Below are positions 40,650 to 55,403 of a DNA stretch of 64,000 nucleotides, piece by piece. The notes beneath the pieces were generated by a model that saw nothing but the letters and a program-made list of their open reading frames with translations, did no database searches and had not been told where the DNA came from. A program made the translations under genes and the position numbers. This DNA is from the human T2T-CHM13v2.0 reference genome, Homo sapiens, in assembly GCF_009914755.1 (NCBI RefSeq), contig NC_060942.1. The stretch is one strand, 5' to 3'. Numbering within the stretch: the first letter of the stretch is position 1; every line of letters starts with the position of its first letter.

Positions 40650-40840
40650 GATGAGATGATCCTGAGTTTGAATCCAAGCTTTGAGATTATATTGTAAGTT
40701 TCTGGGAGGTATTGGGCCAGTTACTTACCTTTTCTGAATATAGGTGTCCTCCTCTGTAAAATGGATTTACAATATTACTAACTGTATAGAGTAGTTGAGA
40801 AGCTTAAATGAGAAGAGGCAGGTACGTTTCTCATTACAGA
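40650..40840 (+). mobile_element. MIR
   Basis: cctgagtttgaatcc...gggccagttacttacc...cctctgtaaaatgg...ttaaatgag. Confidence 0.65.
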
Positions 40841-41296
40841 GCTTTAAGGGTTGTTGCACTTTAAAAGCAATTTTACATACTTTATTTCATTTAGCCTTTT
40901 TAACAATCATGTGAATGATACGTGATTAACTCAATTTTGTGTACCATAGAACTGAGAAAGAGGAATTTGGAATCGAAAATATCATAACTTAAGATAGTGT
41001 GACAAAAATAGTATTCCAGTGTCTACCAACTTGCTTTCTGAACTTGTCTAATTTTAAAGACCGAGAATATTTGAAGGAAACATGCAGCGCAGTTCCTTCA
41101 TTGTACTGGTGAAGAATCTGAGCTCGATGTGTGAGAGAGAAAGAAGGCCTGCTGGACCAGAACACAGGTTTCTTTACTACCTATCTGCAGCTGTGCCGCT
41201 ACATTGTAGATGATGCTATTTGTTTTTAAGCATATTCAGTGATATATTAAGTTGCTTCTTTAGATCTTAAAAAAAAAAAAAAACAACTCATAAAGT

Positions 41297-41596
41297 GCCG
41301 GGCACGGTGGCTCACACCTGTAATCCCAGCACTTTGGGAGGCCGAGATGGGTGGATCACGAGGTCAGGAGATTGAGACCATTCTGGCTAACACAGTGAAA
41401 CCCCGTCTCTACTAAAAATACAAAAAAATTAGCCGGGCGTAGTGGCGGGCGCCTGTAGTCCCAGCTACTCAGGAGGCTGAGGCAGGAGAATTGCGTGAAC
41501 CTGGGAGGCAGAGGTTGCAGTGAGCCGAGATCGCACCTCTGCACTCCAGCCTGGGCGACTAAGCAAGACTCTGTCTCCAAAAAAAAAAAAAAAAAA
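41297..41596 (+). mobile_element. Alu (Y/Sc8-like), full length
   Basis: Alu dimer; TSD ending ctcataaagt on both sides. Confidence 0.95.
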
Positions 41597-42366
41597 CCTC
41601 ATAAAGTAACAATTCTATATGCAGCTTATATTAGAGCAGTTTTTCAAAGAACTTTCTAGGACCCAAAATTTTTCTGGGAGCATTTTTAAAAGCCGAATAT
41701 CTATATATCCATTACAGATCCTTTCTGAAATAGAGTTTTGATCGGGGCATAAAAATTTGCATTTTTATCAGGTTTACCAATACAATATTAAGAATGAGCT
41801 AATTAAACCATTCTGTCCTTGGAGACAGAAATTGGGCACTGTCCTTCTTTTGTCTTCCCATCAGTTCCAGCCAGAATTTTAGGCACATACTTTCCACTCA
41901 GTTAACTCACTGAATTGAATAGTGGTGGAATCAAATTAAGGTCAAATGTTTTAATTATATAAAAATCTATGAAGCACATGTATAGAGGAATCATTTTCAA
42001 AGATATAATTTTTACAATTTACTGTGAATTACAGGCATAATTATCCTGCCAGATATACTTGTCTGCCTAGCAAATATATGTATATATGATACTTGTGAAA
42101 TTTGATACATACTTCGCATATGTATTATATATAAGAGACAAAGAGGGATAGAGAGAGGAGAAAATTAGCTTTCAGGCCAATTTTGAAGAATGTTATTTTG
42201 GATATTAGTCATCTATTGCTGCATAACAAATTGTCACCAAACTTGCTAGCTGAAAAGAAACAGAAGTTTATTTTTTCACACAATTTCTAATCATTATCAA
42301 TCAAAGCAGCTTAATTAACTGAATGGTTCTGGTCTGGGTCGCTCAGAGGGTTATAGCCAAGATGTC

Positions 42367-43158
42367 TGTATTTTAACCATATTACCTTGTGTGGGATATG
42401 ATGAGGCCAGATGTAGATCGAAAAAGAGAAACAGCTGAGCATGATGGATAAGGTGTGAACACTTTGGGAGGCTGAGGTGGGAGGATTGCATGAGCCCAGG
42501 AGTTCAAGACCAGCCTGTGCAACATAGTGAAACCTCATCCATAAGAAATATTTTTAAAAAATTATCTGGTCATGGTAGTGTGCACCTGTAGCCCCAGCTG
42601 CTGAGGAAGCTGAGGTGGGGAGATCCCTTGAGCCCAAAAGTTAGAGGCTACAGTTAGCTATGATCAGGCCACTGCACTCCAGCCTGGGCAACAGAGTGAG
42701 ACAATCTCTAAATAATAGTAATAATTTAGAAAGACAGAGGGAGAAACTGGAGGGAGTCCTACAGTTCTGCTATACTCACAGCTCACTGGGGAGAAATAGC
42801 AGGCCATGCAGTGCTGTTCACAGAAAGCACTGGGCATTGGTCATGAGGCAGAGGGAGAAAGGGGATTGGTGGGCAAAAGTCCTTATTGTTCTTTCTGGAG
42901 GAAGGAGCAGGCCAGGCAGGGTAAGCAGGCTTGTGATCAGGCGGCTTGAGTATGTTCAATGGGCTCTGGTCAGAGGGACTGTTCCTGATTTCCTGGTACT
43001 TGGCCCTGAGTGATTAGGGTTGAGGTATAGTGGCACAGATTGTGAGAGCCCAAGAAGGGAGTTGTTTGGGATTTGGACTTACTCTCTCAAGAACAACTGA
43101 CTGGACACTAGCTAGGGTCTCAAAATGGTTCAGATAGCATTTTAAAAACTATATCACA
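42367..43158 (-). mobile_element. MER21/MER68/MER77-group LTR inserted in the MLT1
   Basis: tgta...atatcaca termini; gaggcagagggag...gggcaaaagtccttattg...cctggtacttggccctg core. Confidence 0.6.
42458..42722 (+). mobile_element. 5'-truncated AluJ
   Basis: gaggattgcatgagcccaggagttc and gctatgatc J diagnostics. Confidence 0.9.
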
Positions 43159-43727
43159 GCTTGCCAGGCCTACAGTTTTCTTAGGTCTTGAGTGGGGTTG
43201 AAGCAACTGCTTTCTATAGGGTTCAACCAGTGGCTGCTGGCATGAAGCCTCTGTTCTTCTTCACATGGACCACTCCCTAAGGCGGCTTGACTGTCCTCAC
43301 GGTATGACCCCTGAAGTTCTCCAGAATTAGCCTTTCGTGAGAGAGAGCGAGGAGGAAGCTACATTCCTTCGCTGGCCTTGTCTCAGAAGTCACAACCTTT
43401 TACTTCCACATTACTCTGTTCCTCAGAAGCAAGACATTCAGTCCAGCACACATATGTTAAGCCACCCCAGCATGATGGTCACTATTCTCTCAAAAAAGAA
43501 TTGGCAAGGATATTTTCTTCCAGATTAGGGTTCAGGTAGTGCTGATTGGAGAGAAGAAAAAATGTTCAGTTTATTTTTTATTTATTTTGGTCGTTACGGT
43601 TTCATTATTTTTTGATATTAAAAAGTCATGGTTGAAGAAAACAAAGGTCATTTCTTTTCATTAATTTCCTATGTGATCATTAGGTAAATTCTAGAATAAC
43701 ATAATCGATTATCACTTTATAAAACCA

Positions 43728-44026
<299 letters not shown>

Positions 44027-44084
44027 TCATCCATGTAATAAAACATTATGGAAAAATATGTAGTTAAACATATTTTTATGTTTA

Positions 44085-44370
44085 TTCATTCATTTATTCA
44101 GCAGATTTTATTACAGTTCCTAGTATGTGCCAATCTCAGTGGTTAGCAATGGGTATACAATAGTAAAAAGAAGAACAGGGTTGCAGCTCTCATTGAGTTT
44201 ATGGTGTAGTGCAGGAAAAAGTTCCATTGACATATTGACACTAATATATATATATAAATAAAAGCTGTGTTAAAGTGAAAAAAAATTATGCTACTTTATG
44301 GTAGACAGGAAACGTGGAGGAATAGTTAGAGAAGGCTTGTTGGAGAAAGTGGCAATTTGTCCTTGAGCTA
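44085..44370 (-). mobile_element. L2 3' end
   Basis: ttcattcatttattcagca...tatgtgcca...ctctcattgagtttat. Confidence 0.65.
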
Positions 44371-45050
44371 AACTGTGGGAAGGGGTTGAAAAAACTCAGA
44401 CCTTCCATAATCCATTGAACTTTATATCATATTTTCTAAAAGTTAAGCAATTTCAACTTACAAAGAGATTCTCAATGTTTTGCTACCTCAGGCAAATAAT
44501 GTTATCCTTTTAAACATCTTTAATATTTTAATCCCGTCTCATTAATAGCCTTTTTTATAAATGTGAATATTTTGCTGGACAAATATCGTGGCCTCTTTCA
44601 ATATATGTTATCAGAAATTCTATAAAATAATTATTTTGACATTTACTAGCTTATAATCACAAGGTCCATTTCTCCCACCGTCAGTGAGTTTGTGGAAAGA
44701 CACTATTGCTTCCTGAGAGTCATGGGGTGCCATCTTCCCTAGTGGACACAAGGAAAATATGGGAGAGAGCCTTGGTTATACTTACATGTTGATGGAAATT
44801 TCTCTTTCTATGGGTTGGGATACCTAGTGTGGTGGTCCAGGCCTTGACCACCAATGGTTCCTACAGTGCAACTATTATACTGGAGACACTTTTGGTTTTT
44901 AAAAATCAAACCCATGGTGTGTTTTCCCAGCAAGGGGTGGGGAGAAGTATAAGTTCATGTGGATGGAATAGGAAGGGCAAATGCCTGTAGTGGGAGGGAG
45001 GCAGGCTCAGAAGAAAAACAAAAATAATTGGTTATCTAGATAGAAGGAAG

Positions 45051-45290
45051 GTTAGGATAATGTGATGTGATGGAAGACTAAAGATGTTCAACCATGTAAG
45101 AGTTAATACATAGGTTTATATAGTATGGGGTTGTATTAGCTTTCCCATTGTATCTGGATGGAAGCAGCTTAGGATAATGTGACATGATGGAAGACTTAAG
45201 ATATTTAACCGAGTAAGATCTAATACATAGGTTTATAATCAATCTCATTTTGCCCAGGTTAGTATGGGGTTACAATAGCTTTCCCATCTT
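45051..45290. repeat. Diverged tandem duplication (~100-120 bp unit)
   Basis: ttaggataatgtga...tggaagact...taatacataggtttata...tagtatggggtt...tagctttcccat occurs at 45052 and 45169. Confidence 0.85.
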
Positions 45291-45361
45291 AAGTATTGGT
45301 AGTGCTTCCTGCCAATCTCAAACGTCTCTTGGTTTGGATGATACATTTTATAATCATGTTA
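45228..45361. mobile_element. MER94-like hAT-Blackjack element
   Basis: tttgcccagg...ctcaaa...ggtttggatgata layout, ~134 bp. Confidence 0.5.
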
Positions 45362-45369
45362 TATATGTT

Positions 45370-46560
45370 AAAGATTTTGGTCTTTGTCTTAACAGTAAGA
45401 AGCTGTTAAGGATTTTAAATATAAATTAACATGAATATCAGATTTGTGTTTTGCACATATCTCCCTGTCTATACTATGTAGAATAAATTACCAAGGCACT
45501 TCCAAAGAGACTAGTCTATTGCTGTAGTTCTGGCAAGATACGGTGCTTGAATCAGATTGATGGCAGTGAAGATGGATGGATGGGACCTAGTTGGAGAAAT
45601 GGGCTGTCAACTCTGCACTGTAGTCCTTCCATGAACCTCTCCTAAACTGATGTTACACTCCCCATGACTAGTAAATGCCCTTTACATTCTCTTAAAAACC
45701 AGGACCCCACTAGCACAATCAGACATGTTTCTACTTAATCTCTAGAGGATAAATTGTTCTTTTTCCTTGAAAACTAAAATCAATAGACAGGAATTCCCTC
45801 ATTGTCCAGCTATCAAACCTGCAAGTCTACCTACATCTGCACAAAGCTTCTTTCCTTCTCGGATTACAATATGGGAGGTATCTCTCTTTTTACCTAAAGT
45901 CAATAATAAATCCACCTCTGATTTGGATCCTAGAAATTATCTTCTCATCTCTGCACCGCACTCAATCTCCAGATTTTATCCCTTCTCACTATCTTTTTAA
46001 CCCAAAGCATTCTGGTGTCTCCCCTCACCGTTTCCTGAAAGGGCTTCTTCTGAGGACATCAATGACATCTATGTCATTGAATTCAATAGGACTATTCCAA
46101 TTCTCATCTTACTTGACCTCTCATCAGCATATGATATTGTTGTTCATTGTACGTCTTTGAAACTGTCATTTACACTGGCCTGTGAACAGTAACTTTCCTA
46201 ATTTTCACCTCTACCTCCTTTGCAGTCCTTACCTATTGGACCCTCAAAGAGCCTTAAGGCTCCTGGACTGTCTCCCCTTCTCACTCTGTCCTCTCACTAT
46301 ACAATCTTATATATGACCACGTCTTTAACAGCCATCCATAGATTAATTTTCTACTTTTATATGTCGAAATCTGGGTAATCAACTGCCTTTTTAGTAGTAC
46401 CAATGGAATGTCTCAAAAATCAACCCAAAAACTCAAATGGCCAAACTCAAATTTGCAAATTCCTCTTACTCTAAACCTGATCCATTTCCATTCCCTTGTA
46501 TTTTGGGAAGTGTCACATACATCCAGTCACATAAGCCAGAATGCCAGAATCTTTTATGCT
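45370..46560. mobile_element. L2 fragments (both orientations)
   Basis: cagatttgtgtttt...attgctgtagttc (minus) and ctcatcttacttgacctctcatcagcat (plus). Confidence 0.6.
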
Positions 46561-46925
46561 TCCATTATCTCATAGCTTATCTTTCAAAATGTTCGGCTAG
46601 CTCTATTCTCTAAATATTTAAAAGAGTGGTATTTGCTGTACTCTCTGATTTTCTGCAGTAGCAATGAATTGTGTGGGTACAGTCATGGAGAAAGCAGATT
46701 ATAAAGTCAATCCAAGATTAGGTTTCACCTTGGACACAGTACAAGGAGACTGTGGTATTTGCAGCAGTGCTACTGAAATGATGTTCCATGAATCTATCTG
46801 TATACAGAAGGAACTATGAATATGGCAAGCTTCTGTAATGAATTTCTGATGCGGCTGACAAATGATCCTAGAGAAAGAGCTGTACAAGTAAGCTGCAGAA
46901 AGAGGAGGTGTTTTGAGAAAACAAG

Positions 46926-47224
46926 TGTATCAGTCCATTTTTATACTGCTATAAAGAACTGCCCGAGACTGGATAATTGCCTCACACAGTTCGGCGTGGC
47001 TGGGGAGGCCTCAGGAAACTTACAATCATGGCAGAAGGCAGAGAGGAAACAAGGCACCTTCTTCAGATCTGATAAGAACTCACCTATCAGGAGAACAGCA
47101 TGGGAGAAACCACACCATGATTCATATACCTCCACCTGGTCTCTCCCTTGACACATGGAGAGGAGATTATGGGGGTTAAATTCAATATGAGATTTGAGTG
47201 GAGACTCAAAGCCTAATCACATCA
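46926..47224 (-). mobile_element. THE1 (C-like) solo LTR with internal deletions
   Basis: tgtatcagtccatttttatactgctataaagaactgcccgagactgg...gaggcctcaggaaacttacaatcatggcagaagg...atca. Confidence 0.9.
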
Positions 47225-47279
47225 CGATTCTTTCTGTTTCTTATTTTTCTTGCATTCACATTTTTAAATTTCTAGTCAG

Positions 47280-47920
47280 ACTCAGTGCTAAAAATAGGCC
47301 AGTGAACCAGAGAACTAAATCCCTTGATGCCTGGGAGGCTTACCTTCATGCAAAGCTAACATACAATACCTACATATACAAAAATATAAGGTTTTATAGC
47401 AACAAATAACAGGAAGGTAATAAAGCAGATTAAGAAGCAAAAGAAACACTGAAATGCTAATTTAGAGATCCTTCTTCTGGGTGATATTTGAGCCGGGACC
47501 AAAAGAAGTGACAGAATAAGGCAAGAGAATTTCAGTCGATACATCAGCTGAGACACAGGCCTGGAGACAGAAGTGCCTAGTGAGACTGAGGAAAAGCAAG
47601 GAAGCCAGTGCACCTGGAAAGCATTTGGAGGATGTGGGGTTGAGGATTTGGAGAAGTAACTAAGGAGCAGATAATGCATGGCCTGCGTCCCTTGGTAAGG
47701 ATACTAAATTGTGTCCTCGGTGTGTTAGGAAGTTACTAGAGTGCTTTGAGCAGGGGATCAGTAAGATATGAACTATTTCAAAAAAATTTCTCTGACAACT
47801 GTGTGAAGAATAAGCTATGAAAAGAGCAGCATCAGGAAAACCCAAGCAGGATGTAGAAATTAGTAATTTTGCATGACGTAAAGGTCCAGAGCATGACCAG
47901 AGATGGAGTAGAGGATAAAT
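47280..47920 (-). mobile_element. L2 fragment
   Basis: ggaagccagtg...ggagcagata...agagtgctttgagcagggga. Confidence 0.6.
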
Positions 47921-48074
47921 TCATTGGAATGTGGTGTTCAAGGAGCTTAGAGGCTGTGAAAGTTTCACCCACACAGAAGTGTGCAGGAATTGGATGGGAG
48001 TATTTCACCTGTGAGGAGGAATCATGGTGAGGTCCCTAATGAAAACCATGAGGGACAGAATGAATTGAATAGGT

Positions 48075-49212
48075 AATACCCCAAGAGCTCAAAAACAAAA
48101 ATAGACAAATGGGACTATATTAAACTAAGAAGCTTCTGCACAGCAAAGGAAACAAGCAACAGAATGAGAAAACAACCTGTTGAATGAGAGAAAATATTTG
48201 CCAATTATTCATCTGACAAGGGACTAATATCTAGAATGTACAAGAAACTCAAACAACTCAACAGTAAAAAATCAAATTACTCCATTAAAAAGGACATGGA
48301 AAGACGTGTACTTAAAAAGACATAAAAATGTACAGCAGGTATATGAAAAATGCTCCACATTGCTAATCATCAAGGAAATGAAAACCAAATGACAATGAGA
48401 TATTATCTTACCCTAGTTAGAATGACTATTATCAATAAGACAACAAATAAGAGATGTTAGTGAGGGTGTAAAGAAAACTCTTATACACTATTGGTGTGGA
48501 TGTAAATTAGTACAACCACTATGGAAAACAATACGGAGACTTCTCAAAAAACTTAAAATAGAACTGCCACATGATTTAGCAATCCCTCTACTATTTATAC
48601 AAAATAAAAGAAATTAGTATATCAAAGGCATACCTTCATCGACATGTTTATTGAAGCACGATTCACAATCAAGCTAAGTGTCTATCATTGGACAAATGAA
48701 TAAAGAAAACATGTACATACACAATGGAATAGTATTCAGCCGTAAAAAAGAATGAAATCCTGTCATCTGCAGCAGTGCAGATGGAATTGGAAGTCATTGA
48801 GTTAGCTGAAATGAGCCAGGCACAGAAAGACAAATATCACATGTTCTCATTCACGTGGGAGCTAAAAAAGTTGATCTCATAGTGGTGTGGTATAGAATGA
48901 TAGATACCAGAGGGTGTGTGGTTGGGAAGCGGGCATGAAGAAAGGTTGGTTAATTCGTACAAAAATATATTAGATAGAAGATATAAGTTCCAATGTTCAT
49001 AGCAGAGTACAGTGACTATAGTTAGCAATGATGTATTATATATTTCAAAGTGACTGGAAGAGTGGACTTGAAATGTTCTCATTCCACAGAAGTGATATGT
49101 ACTCCAGGTGATGGATACTCCAAATACCCTGATTTAATCATTAAATATTTTATACATGTAATAAATACATGTACCACATAAATGTATAAAATATTATGTA
49201 TTAATTTTAAAA
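48075..49212 (+). mobile_element. L1MA (MA3/4-like) 3' ~1.1 kb
   Basis: atagacaaatgggactatattaaactaagaagcttctgcacagcaaagg through L1MA 3'UTR. Confidence 0.92.
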
Positions 49213-52200
49213 GGAATCTTTGATAATAAGTGTGGCACATATTAAACATTAGACTTGAAACATCAAAAATTTAATTCAACTCTGTTTTTTATAAAAAAGA
49301 TACATCGGTTTAATAACTGCTTTTCTTTAGTAAAAAAAGTTACTTTTAAAAAATGGATCTCAACCTCATGTAAATTAGCTTTTATTGTTCCCTTAAAATC
49401 AATTTTTAATACTATTCTTAATGTCATTTAAAGATTTTGTATCTACCATCAAAAGGGGTAGAAATATCAGTTTTAACCAAAAAGATACAAAGACCACCAA
49501 AGTTTACTTGTGAAAAGGAAGTCGCCTTTCCCTACAGTGAATTATCATTAACGCCATTGCCAGAACTTAAGGTTTCACATTATGCCTGGGCAATGCTGAT
49601 GGTAGCTTCCAGTGCTTGCTGGTGAGAGCCTCTGGATCGTGAGGTCCACAAGAGGAAACAAAAGGTTGCATGTGAATTCTACATTTTGAAATTATTTTTT
49701 GTGTATCTCTTTTTATAGTTCTCTTTTTGGCAACTTGCAAAACCTCTCTTATTTTTTGTGGAAAAGTAAAGAACATTTACCATGGCAAGAACTTTATAGT
49801 AGCAGGGGACCATTTCTTGTGAATTATGCTATTAATTACAGACTTCCTGTGCCTCATGACCAAAAAAAAAAAAAAAGCACTTCTTAAAATGAAGGTAAAA
49901 TTTGTTATTCTTATCCTTCTTCCTTTAAACTGTCCTTTCTGTGTTAGAAAGTAATTTAAAATTGTGAATTAAAAATGTCTCAAATATATAACTTAAAAAT
50001 GCTTAGGGGAATTTAAAAACAGATCCAAATAATCATTTCTTTTACATTCATCTAATGAACTTAATTTCCATTATTCACTCCAGATACCTTTATCTTTGCA
50101 TTTCATACTGCTATGAATAGTATTATTCAATGTGCTTTTAATTTGGACTCGGTTTTCCTTCCTAAGGACATATTATTTTTAAAGCATCAAACTCAGTATA
50201 GTTCATAGCTTCAAATATTTTATTCTGGCTTATTTAATTGCTATTTAAAATTTAAAACATTTAGTATGATAAAATTACCAAGACAGCAGCAAAGGGGGAA
50301 AATAATTTGCCCATTTTCGATACATATTGTCTTTTTTTTCCTATATAAAAGGCTTGCTAATCTGTAATGTAACTGACTTAAATAACCTTGATATGGTTAT
50401 ATTGTTGATTTAATTATATCACTTGCTCTTGTGAGATCGGGAGTTTTGGATTTCAGTGGGATTAAAATAGATTTGAAAGTTAGGTGAGTTTAAAACAAAT
50501 TTAAAAAAATATTCAGAAACCCTTGAAGAAAATTATACCCATACATATTTTTTTAAAAAAATTAAGCAAAACTCATTATTTCTAAGATATCTGTGTATTC
50601 TGCAACTATATAGATTCTTTGTATTTATAGATTTGATTTTTTAAAAGTGCTTTTGTGTAATTCTGCTATTTGGTTGGGATTCTATCCCTATTTCTTTCAA
50701 AAGGGTACAGGTAATGAAATCAAAAGGAAAGCCATCTAAAGTTAAATTTAGTAAATATGAGTCATCCAAATGTTATGTTTTACCTAATCAAAAATAAAAA
50801 TTAAACATCCATAAATATTTTATATTCTATATATTGTTATGTAATTTACATAATATAAGCATATTTTAAAAATCAAGTTTTATATATATCTATTTGAATC
50901 TTTACTTCATTAAAAAAATGACATATTCAAATTACCTCAATTGCTATGACCTTAGTTATAGTATATATATAAAAATCCAGAAGTTCAGAAAGTATTTTAT
51001 CAGTTCCATAGAAAACTGAAATTATGTTCAAGATACTCTGAAGATCTGGTACTTAGATATTAGATATTTGGACAATTCTCACCTCCACTTACTGGTTACT
51101 CTAAATGTTAGCAACTCACTTAGTCCTTCTGTAATGGCTCATAGGAAACCCCCCAGGCACCGGATTTAATTGAATCATTCTGTATGGGAGGTCTTATAGC
51201 CACCGCTCTAATGAAAGTCTTACTTTAATTCTGCTGGCCAGTCAGCTGTAGCCAACTGGGCAAGGTTCTAATTGGTCAAAGCGCTATAATTTGTTTGAAG
51301 ACCCCTCTTAAGACAGGCCTGTATGTGTGCGTCCCTTGCAGGACTTGGGTTATGTAGAAGCCCTAGCACTCTTGCTGATTCTTGATCCTCAAATTTAGAA
51401 GAGGAAAGGACCTTAGTGGGTAATGTAAGCTAACTCCTCATTTTGTCCTGGAGAAAAGATCATTGTTTCACTTACTGATTTTAATCTTTTCATCGAATTC
51501 AAAAATTCTAAACTATATTATTCTGAGGGCTGCCCTTAAAATATAAAGGATAAAAAACACTGTGAAAAATAGAAAACTTGAGGAATAATAGCAACAGTAA
51601 ACTTTTAGCTAAGCAACTATTAGGGATTAGGGAGAATCAATACATATGTCATGTAAATAGCACATCACTGGGGTGATCACTGGGGTGAGAGGAGCAGAAA
51701 AGGAGAAAAGGACTCGTGGAAGGAATCTTATACCAGACCCTCTCATATCTCATCTCTCCTTAAGTCAAAGCAAGCATGCTGTTGGAAAAAGCCATGAACT
51801 CACTTATCATGACATCTTTCATCGTTAATGTTATTAGGGAAAATAAAGGCAAATCTATTATGGAAAATTGTTCCTTTATAGCGAATTGAATTATAAAGTG
51901 AGGTTATGCTAATTATTACTATATACGAAATTCCAGAATCATTGTGAAGCTGTTGATTTTTTTTCATAGCAGATCCAATTCTGAACAAGGCAAATCAATT
52001 TGCTGTGTGAGTTAAAGAAGAAATTGTCATCTGATTGACACAGCAGTGTTTATTTTTATTTTTATAATACCAGAACTACATTTTGAAAAGAGACAAAAAG
52101 GAAGAAGACACTGGCAATTTTGCATCCACAATGGCAACTTTGTTTTTTCTCACCATATTGACCAAATGTTTTTGTATTCTCGAGAAACTATCTATATAAC

Positions 52201-55200
52201 TGTGTATTCTAGTCAGATCAGTTAAAACAAAACTACGGTCTGCAAATGTCTGTTAGGGTGGCACAAGGGCAGTTGACTGAGTTGATTTAACGAATACTTA
52301 TTACAGGCCTAAGATGCTCTAAACAGCATTGTAAATTTGTTATTAATAGATTTAGAGGCAAGATTTGCAAAATGAGTAAGTCCTTGAAAGGTTACTGTCC
52401 TTGAAAAAGTCACAATCTATTGAGGAAAGAGAAATAATTACAATATGTGGCAATGGTGTTATGTTAGAAAGCTAGGACTTGAAGTGTTGAGTTAATCATT
52501 GTGTTTAGGGACTGAATATAGGTATTATTGTGCATGAGTAAGGATACAAAGATAGTAAATGCAAACACTGAAATTAGTAGTCACTTTTCTTCATTTACAA
52601 GATATGAACAGATAACATCTATAATTTCTGCTAGAGAAATTTAAGTAACACATTCTTAAGGACAGAATGTGAGTTAGCTAAAGTAATGTATCGATAAAAG
52701 GAAGAAAATGATCAAAAATTATTATTTTGGGACAGAAAGCAGTTGACTAAGCATGATTTATTCACTAATTCATTTTTTCATTCTTGATAAACCTCTTTAG
52801 AGACTTCACTTCCAGGGGCCAGATAAGTAAATGTTCTAAGTGCCAAGAGAATATTATAAATGTTTTAAAATAAACTCTGACACACCACCATATGCAAAGA
52901 TTCCACTTAGCTTTATCAATGGCAATAAAGAAAGAGGAGACAGTGGTACTGACTAGTTCAATGTGTTTTAGGAAAAGTTGAAGTCTAGTTTCCATAGGAA
53001 TGTTTATAATAATGTTAGATTGTGTGTTGAAAGACTATCACAGGGAATACCAAGTAAAGTATCAGATTAAATACAAATGTCTTATTTGCTCCCACCTGAT
53101 ATTTTACTGGAGTTTAGAAATGGGATTTTTAAAACCACAACAGCAGAAGAACTAAAGAAAATATAAGAAAAAAAAACCAAAATTTGAAATATAGAAAATA
53201 GGTGACTTACCATACCTGAGAAAGCTGTCAAGTATTTGTCACTGGAAAAACTGAAAACATAGGATTACAGTGCAGTGTCCTGAAAATACCAAGGAATTTG
53301 AGCCGCCAGATTCATGAGGGAATGGAAATGAAGGTTTCAACATGAGGAGGATGAATTATTTAGGTTGTTGATTAGGTGTTTAAGAAAGGTTAGTTGAAAC
53401 CTTGTGTTCGGCAAATTGCCTTAGCAAATGGGAAATGGCGTTTTGAAAAAAGACATCTATGGAATAGAACAACGACAAATACCCACCCAGTTTAATTCAC
53501 TTCTGCAGTGAGTCAAATGCTTCTTGGCTTCATTGAACACAAAACAATTAATATGTCCCTGTCAACCAGCTTTCTAAAAGTATTGTAAGTTTCTATCATT
53601 TATGTTAAAATTTGGTATGGTGGCAATGATTTCACATATATTAATAATTGGATTATGGATGAAATTATTTTGCAGGTATTCACAATGGTAGAAATACATA
53701 ATAATGATTTTTTTGTTTATGGAAATTTGAAAGCACATTTCTTCACACATCCATTCAATAAATATTTACTGTAAATATACTAGGGATTGGGTGATTTGGG
53801 GAGATAATGAACTATGTAAATGTGGGCCAGCTTTTCAAATTGCTCTTAGCCTAACTAGGAAGTCAGATGCTAACAATAACTAATACAATATGTGGGGGAA
53901 ACATCTATTTTGGATGTGCACACATACTTCAGGAACACTGAGGAAGGATAATTGTTTCTTCACGGGAAGGAATTTACGAGAGTGGATTACCAATGCCCTC
54001 CAGTCTCTATCCACATCTACCCACAGGCACCAGGCTTCGAACTATACCGGTGATTTACCTGAGAGCTTACCTTTGCTCATCCTGTTCCTATGTTTGGACT
54101 GAGCCTTTCACTTGCCTCTTTATAGGATGATGTTATGAAGACTTAGGCTTAAGACTCAGATTGAATATGTGTTGAAAAAATAAAACAAATCAACCCAGAA
54201 ACAGACCTGTAGTGAAACAAAGGTATGGTATTTTGCATAAGTTAAATTGTTTTCACTATCAGTGTTCTAGAAATTCTTTTTCTGCCTTTAAGATGGAGAT
54301 TAATGTTGAAGAGAAAAAGATTTTCCTGGATAGAGACTTTTAAGAGGCCCAAGACACTTATGGAGTCCTAGAATTCTAGAGTCCTTAGTGGTAAGGTCAT
54401 TTGTGTGGTAAAGAGCCATCCGTAGTACAGTGAGGGCATATATTCAAGAAAAATTTAAGAAAGGTGATTTCTTCCCAGGGAGAAAAATGGTGCAAGTCAA
54501 AATTCTAGAATTCTGACAAAGATAACAAAGCAACAGGTCATGAATATTCGGTGAAGAAAGTAATTTTAGAGGAAGAGCTGATTTCTGAGGAAAAATAAAA
54601 ATTTAATTTGGTGATAGTATATGAAAAGGTTGATTATATAGATGAAAACATGTAAATTAATATACTTTTTCAATTTCAAAAAGTGTATAAATTATCTAGA
54701 TTGGGTGCTTATATTTAGGGGAAAGGAATAATATATACTGCCTATTTATTTATTTATTTTGGAAAAAAATCAGTGAGCATTTTGGGTGTGTTTGTGTGTA
54801 TCAGATAATTAAATCAGGTAAAATATATTATTGAGGAAAAATAGCACATCATTGAGCCCAATAACCTTGTTAAACTCTGATGTAGAAGTCTGGGAGAAAA
54901 AAAGCATAGGTTAAGAGGCAGATTTAATACTATTGGTGTGTGTTTTTATGTACATAAATGATAACTTCCCGACAATTCCTCAAATGTAGGTCTAATGGGT
55001 GTGATAAAGCGGGGGGGTAGATATTGCTGAAAGCTACTTTGGTCCTTTGGTTTACTCTGTTATTGGACCACTCCTATTTTACCTGTTTCGTACAAAATGT
55101 ATCAAGGCTGTGGAAACATTAAGGGTATCAGTCCCCTGTGGACATTGTCAGAAAGAAATGAACAGTAATCTCTCTCTCTCTCTCTTTCCTCTCTGCCTAT

Positions 55201-55379
55201 ATTGTGATAAAGAAATATGAGATCATAGATTCTGAAAGATTTAAAAATATATACTTACTGTCATTGTTTATCAAAATGCGAATAAATCAGTCCTTAAACA
55301 TGTAGTCTTTAACAAATTTAATATGCATATCAGTGCTGAGTAGATTGCTAGGGTGGAGTAACTCCAAACATCATGTGCC

Positions 55380-55403
55380 TGTGTGTGTGTGTGTGTGTGT
55401 GTG
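55380..55403. repeat. (GT)n microsatellite
   Basis: ~12 TG units. Confidence 0.9.

Larger units (their letters stand above)
42202..43450 (-). mobile_element. MLT1F-like MaLR LTR, split (42202-42366 and 43159-43450)
   Basis: attagtcatctattgctgcataacaaatt...gccaagatgtc, resuming ...ctcagaagtcaca...acttccacat. Confidence 0.7.

Noticed and set aside
51666-51688. Short direct repeat tcactggggtga x2
   Set aside because: Ordinary 12-bp slippage duplication
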